Shown in pieces: positions 13,501 to 24,100 of a stretch of 64,000 nucleotides of DNA. A model generated the notes under the pieces. The model was not told the origin of the DNA, did no database searches, and saw only the letters and a program-made list of their open reading frames with translations. Position 1 is the stretch's first letter; each line of letters starts with the position of its first letter. Location of the stretch: contig CBFFRP010000191.1 of NCBI GenBank assembly GCA_965644295.1, positions 2,522 through 66,521 of the forward strand, read 5' to 3'. Source of the stretch: Paraphysomonas bandaiensis (Eukaryota > Protista > Chrysophyceae). The position numbers and the translations under genes were made by a program.

Positions 13501-16000
13501 TGATGAATCGGTACCTGAGAGGTCTCAGGATTATTATATAGAGAGTTGGAGGAGGCTCAAGTGGCTATAGACCCCAACAAGGCTCGCCAACCGGGTGAGT
13601 TTGAGTATCTTATCGGAAAGCACCATGAGGACGGTGGTCTGCTATACAAGACCAACAGAGTGGTGATTAGGAAGGGGCTTATTGTGGGATACTGCTCGTT
13701 GGTTGCTGGTAACCAGGTTCAAGTGGAGGATAAAACTCCTATTCACATTGCTGACATCAAGAAGATGACAGAGGATCTTGCGCAGAGGGTGGTTAGGGCC
13801 AGAGTTACTGACAACCGTGACGGTGGTATCAGCGAGCGGAGTGGTGCCACAGCAGTCGGAAAGTGGGCAGGTGCAGCCCCAGGCTGACTCAGCATCACCT
13901 TTTGGGGAACGGACCCCTGCCGAGAACCATCCGCACGGCAAACGCGCAAGAACTCCAAGGACGGTAACGAATGTGTCGGTGTTAGGACAAATCCATCATT
14001 TGAGTGATGAGAGTGATGAGAGTGATGTGAGTGACCTTTTACAGGAGGCAGACTCAGTGTGGATGTCAGCGGAAGAGTCGACAGTGCCTCAGACACATCG
14101 TGAGTCCTTGGAGAGTGGCGAGCACAGGGAGTGGAGACGAGCTCGCGGTGTAGCGAAGCGAGACACCATGGAGGTGACTCGTATACCGGACGGAGTCGTC
14201 CCACTGCACTCCAAGTACGTCTATTGAAAGAAGTACGATAAGGAGGTAGAGGTCCGCCGATATAAGTCTCGTCCTGTAGCAATGGGTTGTGGACAACAGT
14301 CGAGTGGTTGGGCGAACCAGTTCGCTCCCGTTGTTAAGGGGGTAACACAGTGCGACTGGTAATTGCCATAGCCTTCGTGATCAACTGCCTGAGGAGTACT
14401 GCTTTAAGTTGAAGAAGTCGTTATAATACGGGCTTCGGAGTTCCCCGCGGTCGTGGTGGAAAACATTGGATAAATTCATACGATCTAATAAACCATGTGT
14501 ATTAGACCCGTGTTTGTATTATCAGTATAAGGGCGATGAATTGGTATTATTAACGATATATGTGCATGATATCAACATAGTGAAGGATATTATAAAGCTC
14601 AACTGTGTGCCCGGTTTGATATGAAGGACATGGGCGAGATGGAACATTTTCTGAATGTTCGAGTCACAAGGACGCCAGAGTATATTCGTCTTGACCAATC
14701 AGTATATGCGGCTAAGATCTTAGAAAAGTTTGAAAAGTATCTTGGGTCACCGCGAAAGGTACGGAAGAGTCCTCTACCGGCGGAAGCAATGGATTTAGTG
14801 GCAAAAGGGGCGCGGCATGAGCATACCGAGGATGAACACAGCTTATAGTATATAACTTCCCATATCGGGCGCTGATAGGTGCATTACTATATATATCGAT
14901 GAACACGAGGCCGGATATTGCCTATGCAGTGGGAGTACTGTCTCGGTTCAGTAATAAGGTGAATATTGAAGTAGGCAAGCTATTAACGCACGTATGACAA
15001 TATATTCGTGGTTATTGACAAAGCGCTTCAATATGGGAGTAGACGGTTCGACTTCCATATGTTTACTGACGCGGATTGGGCGGGAGACCAGCTGTCCAGG
15101 AAGTCCACGTCGGGGTACGTTGGGTTTGCAGCGGGAGGGCCTATAGTCTGACAGTCCAAACTGCAGACGACAGTGGCAACGTCAAGCATGCAGTCTGAGT
15201 ATCAGTGTATTTACTCGGGTCTCCAAGAAGTGCTATGGGTTCGGGGAGTGACGGGTGAGATTAAGTTGAGGCTCATCAAACCTACACCATTCTTCATCGA
15301 CAGTCAGAGTGCCCAGGATATGGCCGAAAACCCAGTGTTTCACAAGAAGTCGAAACACATTATTATTGAGATTAAGTATCACATGGTGAGAGAGCATGTG
15401 GATCCTAATCAGTTCAATACAATTAAGTTAGTGCATGTGCATACACCGCAACATGCAGCAGATATTTATACAAAGTCACTGGTTGGTTTATCATGCATGG
15501 AGCAGAGAAAGAGAAATCTTGGAGAGAAAATTAAGAGTTCCACTGAAGTGATTAATGAGGGACCAAGAGATAAAAGAAAACGCAAGTAGGTACTGAGTTT
15601 TTTTAAACAGAGGTTTAGACTTAGAGATGAGTCTATTTTACTGTCAAGAATTTTTATCTCAGGCATTCAATAGCTAGGAGGCGTCATGGTACAACACTCA
15701 ATTGAGGGGGAGTGTTAAGATCTGAAGATTCTATATACTTGCAATTGAGTGCAGTATTATGTGAGATGCAAGGATCGAAAGATATATATGTAATTAGTAC
15801 ATTATTATATTGTGTAGTATGAAACTGAAGTAGAAGTGGGTGACTATACAGGATACGATCACTGAGTGTGTGGTTTGTACATTATAGTAGTAAATGAATG
15901 GTGTTGAACACATCGAATACAACTTAGGTTCTTTATCATGTAATGTTTATAATTTCATCCTATCAATTGAGAATAGCAAACCTTAGCAAATAATGTCAAC
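10556..16000 (+). mobile_element. Degenerate Ty1/Copia LTR retrotransposon (Copia-1), 5' LTR missing
   Basis: Fragmented gag-PR-IN-RT-RH homologous to 47270-51874 (PELNAVSERKFRT, DADWAG, KHI.IKYH). PPT TTGAGGGGGAG at 15702-15712 followed by LTR start TGTTAAGA at 15713. LTR right end is uncertain. Confidence 0.85.
12280..13030 (-). mobile_element. Retroposon copy D, body type 2, inserted in Copia-1 integrase
   Basis: 12-bp TSD TACGACACTTAT (12268-12279, 13031-13042). Shares the 3' tail with copy A and the body with copy E. Confidence 0.85.
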
Positions 16001-16040
16001 TTCTGTTATCGTGTTGTTGTTGGATCGGCACATGGGCCAA

Positions 16041-16160
16041 GTCACTGATATTAACGATCGTTATGATGACGATCACGTATCTTCAACAGATACTCTCTCA
16101 AATTCAGTTCATGATATGTTTCATTGAACATCATAATTCACATATACTATCTTATATTAC
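16041..16160 (-). repeat. Fragment of a third Copia-like family (3' internal end/PPT/LTR start)
   Basis: Inverted copy of ~40017-40135. Junction reads TTGAGAGAGTATC|TGTTGAAGA, resembling a Copia PPT-LTR junction. Confidence 0.55.
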
Positions 16161-16374
16161 GACGAATCCTAATAGCTGGCGATACATAAAAACTTGAAAG
16201 TAGGCTTTTTTTATTCTTCTACCGATATTTATGTACATAGGGGTATATATTTTGCACCCTACAGATAAGAATGATTTCGTAAAATACTATCATAATATTG
16301 ATTGCAATACGATTGTGAGCCACTTCTACAGAAACAATACTGATGGAATATTTGACCAGTCCACCAATCAATAT

Positions 16375-17256
16375 TGTAATAACCAGCTATCAGGTTATTC
16401 TATTCTACAAGCTCTCTATTGTATATGCTTAAGTTTGTACATACCATCTGTGCAAACATAGATTGAATAATATTATTATTATTATTACCATAACTCACAC
16501 TGAGATATATGATATATTATGACTATGACAATTCATGCTTATCATTGATATTTACATAATCATTCAAAAGACAAAGAAAGACATGATTATCAATAATGAG
16601 ACATAATGATGATACTGATGATGGATGATATATATATATGTTCTTATTATATATATATATTGACTTTAAGGCTGGAGAAGTTTACTGGAGAATTCCGGGT
16701 TTGATATCCATGCTGATAGATGTGTATTGCCAGATTATCCAGTAATACAGTTATACATTACGTATTTCCTTCAGTGCTTATTGGGGATTGATTGTACTTA
16801 GGAGTACGAATACCAGGCTTCAACTACAATGAGAATACTGAATGTATCTTCCCTTATACAGTTGTAATGAGTTATTATGATCAACTGTGTTAGACTGATG
16901 TGTTTGGTATTGAATATGAATGATGTTCATTCCATTGATCACGGAATCGTAGGTAGACATATTTATATTATTGATAATAAGATGCAATTTCCTTACTCTT
17001 GAAATTGCTGGTAGATAGCATTGTAGTTGTAGACACATATTTGTTCATTGTGATTTGATTATATTGTTATTATTATGGAGGAGGAGACTCTTGATAGCGC
17101 ACAAGAGTCTACTAAATTCGAGTCAGTGAGAAGGACCCTCAGGCTTATGCTTGGAGGGTTAGACCCTTCCATTGCCAATGCCAGTGAGGATCAAATCCGG
17201 GATATAGGCTTGGCATTTGGGTTGTCCGAGATCGAATCAGAGACGTTGGTGTCTCA
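16375..17256 (+). repeat. 5' LTR (882 bp); contains the gag ATG and first ~61 codons
   Basis: Constant offset of 9407 to the 3' copy; no difference seen by eye; internal ORF translations are identical in both copies. Confidence 0.9.
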
Positions 17257-20200
17257 ATTTTTTAAGGAAATTTCATCTCTCAATAAACAAAGTGACGACT
17301 TTAGAGAGACAGAAACTCATGAAGCAGACAGTCAAGCAACGACTGTTCCAGAACTGGTGGATCGTCTTAGTAGTCCGGAGGAGGTACCCTTGTCAGCCCG
17401 AAAACCTCTCGCATTCGGTAAGGACGCTATTCAACCATTGAGGGCTCAGGATGATTTTTGTTCGTTTGATGCAGATGCGACAGGAGATAGTCCATTACAT
17501 ATGGACCCCTTGCCATTCAAGGAACAAAGTAACAAGGAGGCTGAGGCAAAGGAGTGTCATTATACACCCTTACCTCACGCAGGGGATGAGGCACACAATG
17601 TGCTACATTCCACCTCTGGATTGCAAGGTGTATATAACACCAGCAGACCAGACCAACTAGGTAGAGATGCAGATAGGTGTCAAATCTGTCAGCGACTCAC
17701 AGATCCCAAGCGTCTCACCGCTGGAGGAATATGTTATTATTGCTCGGAAAATCAATGTATTGATTGTAAGGACCAGGTAAATTCAATGGAAATTCAGGGT
17801 GGTCTATGTTATCGATGCCGAGTAAGAAGGGGGATACTCAGATCAAAGAGACCCACCACAGACACTTTAGAGAAGTGCATAATATTGGGCCATAGAAGAT
17901 TGCGTCCTCGGCCAGACCTAAACGAGGACACATATATGGAGCATTTGTACCTGGATCGTGGGGCTAGAGACCCTATGGACCTAAAGATTTCTCTTGACAT
18001 CCTGCAACAGTACGCAGATCGACGGAGGGTGCATACCACCAGATGGTCAAAACAGCGATACACCGCTCATATAGCAGAGCCACTGCAGCATTGGGAGCAG
18101 CAGATTTACATGGCTTGTACAGCTACTGAGGTCACTGATCGTTTACAGGACCACTTTTTTGAGCAAATGAAAATAGCAAGAGAGAGTTCTGCGGAAGATA
18201 TTTCTCAGCTTGCCCAACTAGTCTTAAATCGAGGAAACGGCTTGCAATTACCATCAAATGTTCGCGAGTGGTTAAGTAGGCTGACAGTTCTTGACAATGT
18301 ACATGAGTTAGTGGCTGAAGAGCACATTTACGAAACAGCGGAATTGTGCATGGTGCTGAACCAATACCTTGATATAAGAGACATGGCTGAAACTATGTGG
18401 GAGGAGGCCGATAGCCAACTAATGATGCGCTGCAATCTCCTCAGCAAACAACTCAGTCAGCAAAATAAAAAATTTGGATCTTGGGAAGAGAGGACCGTTG
18501 ACTCTGACGATGAGTCATACCACTCCTTCGTCAGCAATGGTAGTCGGGGTTCCTTTGTCAGCAGAGGAAGTCGGTCAGCAGATACCAGATCAAGTACATC
18601 CCGAGTGTTGAGTTCTAGGGGTTCAAGATCGAATTCCCGTATTTATCCAACTGAAGATGGCAGACTGCTAGACGCACAAGCATTCGGGTGTCACCTTCAA
18701 CAAATTGGAGAGCAACACTGGTCACTGCTCTGTAACCAAATGCGATCGTCTAGAGCCATGCGGTTAATGTCTAAAGCATTGCCCAAAGCTACTCCATGGA
18801 GAAGAGAAGTCAAGGAGCCTACTCTCTACATGAAGACTGATGACAAGATGCGTCTAGAGAAAGATCAATCTAATCGATACCCCATTGAACGAGGACTCCG
18901 TTTTGCTGTCCAGAAGGCACGTCAGGCCAAGATGGGGCTGAAAGATCTGGTCATACAGACGAAGAATGGTTGGTGTTTTAAGGGCGGCTTTAAAGAGGAA
19001 CTGCAACGGTTGTCTTTGAATCGTGTGCCAGAGATATGGGATGACCAGGAGGATAGCCAATTAGCCACTGAATATGAATTTTGGATGCGTCGTTGGGTGC
19101 ATTTCTGCCATTGGGCTATCCGTAATTATTGTCCCGTACAGACCAATGAACAGCGTGCCAAACAGATTGAGGACTGGGCTGCTCCTGATCTCGCTACGCC
19201 TACAGCAGTTATGCAACTATATTATGAACTAAAAGAGGTAGTTGAACATAATACGCCGGATTGCCAGACGGCACAGGTGATGGAAGAATCGATGCGCCGA
19301 GTGGTAGGAAAAGAGCCTGTTTGGGGTAAATCGTTGGTTGCAGCGTACGACAATAAGATCACAAAAATTGAAAGGGCGAAGTCGACTGAAAATTGGAGTC
19401 TATCATGGGAGGAGGTAGAATCAATCTGGCGAGAGATTCAGGAAGAATTCCAGCAGGGAACGCTGCTATACATTATACGTCCTGATGTCCAATCTAGTAA
19501 ACAACCAGACACAACTAAGGGTGAGGGTGGCTTACGACGACATCACAAAGTTCATGCCGGCATACGCGAGGAACCCAAACCATCTCTCACACCGATTGAG
19601 ATTGCGAAGCTTACATGTTCACGATGTGGCCTTCGACATAGTATTAACAACGCTCAATGCCGGCGCATCACGAATGGGAAATTTGACCCACTTGGATTTG
19701 TGTCTGAGACACCACGTAACATTGAAAGGAATCGAATATACAATTTTTGGTTGTCCAGATTGAATAAGTATAGCCAACCTTGGTCTCAGTTGCCTACGGC
19801 TCAGAAGGAGGAATTTCAGGCAGCATTTCGGGATTTGACTAGCCGGTGGGATGGAGGGAGTGCTTTGCATACGACATTCATTGGTGGCGAACGGAAGAAA
19901 TCTAATTCCATAGCATCAAGTGTTTCTAGTACACCACAAGTACATTGGGCGGATAGTGATGATGACTCTTCTTTCTCTACACTGGATGACTCTATACCTG
20001 CTCACAGTACAGACTCACTTTCCGGTTCACGATCTACTAAGTCAAAATCAAAACCCAAACGAAAGGTTCATGCTGCACAAAAAGTTCGATACTTAGTGCA
20101 CACTGTGACACCTAGGGATGAATCTCAAGATACATTATCCATGTTTCGTGTTCTATATGATACAGTTGATGAAACTGGTAAACCAGTACAGAGAGTCGGT

Positions 20201-21145
20201 TGGCACCAGGTGGATCATGGCTCTATGGAGTCCTTGATCGACGAAGAGTGTGCAGCCCTCTTGAATCTTAAGCGAGTACGAATCCCAAAGAGAGACCGGT
20301 ACATTATTCGGGGAATAGGTTCACACGATATCGCTGTGAGTTGGAGAGCTTGTCTTACCTACACTGTTACTGCACAACGGGTCTTACCTGTGGCAGTGTT
20401 GCCGGGAGAGGCACCACTTTTGAACAATGCAAGGGAACAAGTTCAGTTGAAAGCATGGATACCAATTATCCCGAATTGTTCCATGAATGTAATCTTTGGA
20501 GGGCATGCATTACGACGTATCAAAATGATTGACTTGTTTGATCATAAACTGCTGTTGTTCCAAACTAATGGTATTCAGTATGCAATGCCTCAATTCAACT
20601 GGAATGAGACTGTTACGCAAATGGCATCAGCTCAGGACCCTGTGGTACAGAAATGTGTTGCACGCCATCTCCGTGAAAACAAACCTCAACCTCACAAGGC
20701 TGCAGTCTGCATATCGAAACATATCCCACCGCATTCTAAGATGCGGATTCCTGTTCAAGTGGGCAAGGGTGCTCCGTTAGGTGGATGGATACAGACTCTG
20801 CCAGAGGTTGCAAGGATTAATTCAGGTGATGATGCTAATGAGCCCGTCTTACAATTTGAAGATGCTATTTGTACGGCGAACAGACCTTATATATGGGCTT
20901 CTAATCATACCGATGATTGGATCCATCTACCGGGTAGACCGCGTTTAGTTGTACGACTTCAACCCATATTATTGGGGATGCAGGTTCATAATCAGGAGAC
21001 GGTGGAATCTGCTATGAATGGCAGTGTCGAGACGGAGGATACCGCTATCATGCCTACTGATGACAAATTCCAGCATTCAGATATTTCTATGTTATCTGAA
21101 GAGAATCACGAAAATGTCACTAGGCTGGTGTCCTCATCGAAATGA
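17075..21145 (+). CDS. gag: Gypsy ORF1: Gag-like region + aspartic protease + dUTPase-like spacer
   Basis: 1356 aa. N-terminal Cys cluster, CCHC-like knuckle CSRCGLRHSINNAQC, protease-like VDHGSMESLI...VIFGGHAL, and post-protease IPPHSKMRIPV...SNHTDDWIHLP spacer. Confidence 0.8.
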   Translation: MEEETLDSAQESTKFESVRRTLRLMLGGLDPSIANASEDQIRDIGLAFGLSEIESETLVSQFFKEISSLNKQSDDFRETETHEADSQATTVPELVDRLSSPEEVPLSARKPLAFGKDAIQPLRAQDDFCSFDADATGDSPLHMDPLPFKEQSNKEAEAKECHYTPLPHAGDEAHNVLHSTSGLQGVYNTSRPDQLGRDADRCQICQRLTDPKRLTAGGICYYCSENQCIDCKDQVNSMEIQGGLCYRCRVRRGILRSKRPTTDTLEKCIILGHRRLRPRPDLNEDTYMEHLYLDRGARDPMDLKISLDILQQYADRRRVHTTRWSKQRYTAHIAEPLQHWEQQIYMACTATEVTDRLQDHFFEQMKIARESSAEDISQLAQLVLNRGNGLQLPSNVREWLSRLTVLDNVHELVAEEHIYETAELCMVLNQYLDIRDMAETMWEEADSQLMMRCNLLSKQLSQQNKKFGSWEERTVDSDDESYHSFVSNGSRGSFVSRGSRSADTRSSTSRVLSSRGSRSNSRIYPTEDGRLLDAQAFGCHLQQIGEQHWSLLCNQMRSSRAMRLMSKALPKATPWRREVKEPTLYMKTDDKMRLEKDQSNRYPIERGLRFAVQKARQAKMGLKDLVIQTKNGWCFKGGFKEELQRLSLNRVPEIWDDQEDSQLATEYEFWMRRWVHFCHWAIRNYCPVQTNEQRAKQIEDWAAPDLATPTAVMQLYYELKEVVEHNTPDCQTAQVMEESMRRVVGKEPVWGKSLVAAYDNKITKIERAKSTENWSLSWEEVESIWREIQEEFQQGTLLYIIRPDVQSSKQPDTTKGEGGLRRHHKVHAGIREEPKPSLTPIEIAKLTCSRCGLRHSINNAQCRRITNGKFDPLGFVSETPRNIERNRIYNFWLSRLNKYSQPWSQLPTAQKEEFQAAFRDLTSRWDGGSALHTTFIGGERKKSNSIASSVSSTPQVHWADSDDDSSFSTLDDSIPAHSTDSLSGSRSTKSKSKPKRKVHAAQKVRYLVHTVTPRDESQDTLSMFRVLYDTVDETGKPVQRVGWHQVDHGSMESLIDEECAALLNLKRVRIPKRDRYIIRGIGSHDIAVSWRACLTYTVTAQRVLPVAVLPGEAPLLNNAREQVQLKAWIPIIPNCSMNVIFGGHALRRIKMIDLFDHKLLLFQTNGIQYAMPQFNWNETVTQMASAQDPVVQKCVARHLRENKPQPHKAAVCISKHIPPHSKMRIPVQVGKGAPLGGWIQTLPEVARINSGDDANEPVLQFEDAICTANRPYIWASNHTDDWIHLPGRPRLVVRLQPILLGMQVHNQETVESAMNGSVETEDTAIMPTDDKFQHSDISMLSEENHENVTRLVSSSK

Positions 21146-21160
21146 GTAGACGGCAAAGAG

Positions 21161-24100
21161 GTGAATCGGCCACCTCCGGAGCCACCGCCTGTTAACATAG
21201 CCGATACGACTTCGGATTGTCCACGACCGGAGTCAATCCCTGTGGAATTATGGAATTTAGTGGATTTGTGTCAGCGAAATTCAGTTCAACCACGATTTGA
21301 CAAGTACACTCCTGACCGTCTTCAAGAGTGTATTGAACTGATTTTAACTAAGCTGGATATATATAAGGATGATGAAGCAGTCTCGTTGCAAGGGGAGATT
21401 TCTATCGACGCGGATACTATAGCTTCACATCATAATGAACGTGATTATTTTTTGGCTCAAGCTTTGGCCAATATTGATGTTTTCTGTTTTCCTGATCCCG
21501 ATAACCCTCCACGGATTAAGGATTATAAAGTGAGTATTGAAACTACTGATGAAGTTCCGGTTCGGGCGCGACCTCGGAAATATTCTTTATTGCAACAAGC
21601 ATTTTTAGAGGCTAAAACTGGTATGATGCTTCGTCAGAAAAAGCTTCAACCCTCAAACAGTGATTGGAGCCATGGTTTAGTTCTGGTTCCTTATCATGAC
21701 CGTATTCAGAAATTTTTAGATAAATGGGGAGACACGGCACATTTAGAAATCTTCAAAAAGGTTAATTGGCCTGAAGTGGCCACATTTTTTCGGATGTGTT
21801 CAGATGTCCGATCGCTCAATCAGAAAACTAAGGTAGATATTTTTCCACTTCCCAGGATTGATGACTTGCTAGATAGCATTCCTGTGGGAACTGACCGGTT
21901 TTCAGCGGGCGATATTGCTGATGCATTTTTCTGTGTGGAGCTTGACGCTGATAGTCGATTTAAAACGGCATTCCGCACTCATAACGCTCATTTACAGTAT
22001 ACGGTGATGTTACAAGGCTGGGTCAATGCACCTTCACACTTTAGTAGAGTCATTGCCCAGACTTTTGAAGACATGGATCGGTTTCAAGTCTCTGCATACC
22101 TGGACGATGTGCTTAACCATACTGGGGGTTTTCGTGCACATTTCCTGACACAGCAGTCCATATACGATAGACTTCGAAATCGTCATCTTACATTTAAAAT
22201 TGAAAAGACTCATATTAATTATCGGGAGCTGCGGTTCCTTGGACATATTCTGTCCAGAAACGGCCGATGCCCTGATCCGAAGAAGGTTGAGGCGATTACA
22301 AATCTTGCAGACCCAGAGGACGTTACGGCTGTTCGATGTTTTTTAGGAAGTACTTCATTCTACCGTCAGTATATTCCTCAATACGCAGACGTTGCGTTGC
22401 CTCTGTATGACTTGACGAAGAAAAATGTCAACGTGAAGAAACTCTGGCGCCCAGAGATACACGGCCATGCCATGGAGAGGCTTAAAGAGGCGCTGCGGAA
22501 GGCTCCTGTGCTTCGTTACATTGATAATTCTAAACCGTTTGTCATTCACCTGGATGCTTCCAAGACAAAGCGTGGTATCGGTGGGGTTCTCATGCAGCAT
22601 GATGACGCAGGGCAGCTCCATCCGGTGGAATATTTCAGTCGTAAGTTAACTCCTGCTGAACGAAATTACTCGGCCACGGATTTGGAATGTAAGGCCCTCA
22701 GGGATGTTATTCTCCATTGGCATATTTATCTGAGTAGTGGTCGTAAATTTGAAGTCCACTCTGACCACAATTGCCTGAAATATATGGTCCATTCAGTGAC
22801 TGCAACACTTAATCCACGATTGCTGGGATACCTCATGGATCTTCAATCATATCGTTTTGCTTTACATTACAAAAAAGGGGTGGAAAATGTAGTTGCTGAT
22901 ATGTTAAGTCGCCTTTGGCAAATAGGGGATGTACCGCCAGCTACTAGGGAGGAGCTCTCCGATCATCTCGGGCCGGTGGTTGATAATGAGGATCCAGACC
23001 TCATCCGATCATGGGGGGCTGCAAAACGACAGTTGAGTAAATTGAAACGCCAAGCGGTTGTGGAGGCGCAAACTATTAAGAAAACTCATACTTGCTCTAG
23101 CAAATTTGAGGTTCAAATCTGTAATTGTGATGCGCTGGATTTGGATTTGTTGTCTTCTTTGACTAATGTCAAGAAAGGGGGAGTATTAGGGGAAAGTTCA
23201 GAATTAGAAAATTCTGAAGTTAGATTTAAAGTGGCTGGCTCTACATTAAAAAGAAGGAAGCAGCCGAGCATCGATGTAGAACAATATAGTTGCCAGGTTG
23301 AGAATCTACTTAAAGAATTGAATATTACGGAAGTTCAGGAAACTGGTGAGTCAAGGATGAAATTCAGCAATTCGGGACAGAATATACAACATGCAACTGC
23401 ACACTCGAACCGAACTAGCTTTCATCCATCTCGAACAAACTATATGGATAATCCAGATGAGTCAGAAGATATGAAGTTAATTCGAGAACGACGAATTTCT
23501 GGTTACAATCAATGTACTATTCTTCCATCGACAAAGCTAAAAGCAGGATGGGGACTTTTTGCCACCAAACAGATCTGTCCAAATGTTGAGATTTGTGATT
23601 ATGTGGGTCCGGTTGTATCTGAAGGAGTGGATCAATTAAGCTCCAATTATGGGATGCAGATGATTGCTGGAGCACATCGTAAGATTGTTTTTGATGGATG
23701 GGAACCTGGTTCAAGCTTAGGTCGATATGCGAATGATGGGATATCCAAACAATTGATTAATGCGAAATTGATATGGAAAAAATCTAAAGGAGTTTTGATG
23801 GCTCTTAGAGAGATCTTGCCTGGGGATGAAATATTTTTTGACTATGGTAAAGAATTTTGGAGTACTAGAAGTGATCAACTTAGTCCAGAAGATAATCAAA
23901 TTCTGAATTTAGATGGATCTCGACGGAAGACTACCGTGTCTTTTAAAGATGAATTTGAGTTAATTGTGTACGATCAAAAACGGAAAGTTCAGGAGAAACT
24001 ATATTCCAAAATCTTTAAGTACAGCGATGAAGAAAATTCCAGAATCCAGGAACTTGTTGAGATGGAGGAACGAAATACTAGGAATTTCGAGAGAACTCTC

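Noticed and set aside
15713-16088. Copia-1 3' LTR ending at TCTTCAACA (16088)
   Set aside because: Sequence across this point is an inverted copy of 40017-40135, so it more likely belongs to a different, oppositely oriented element.
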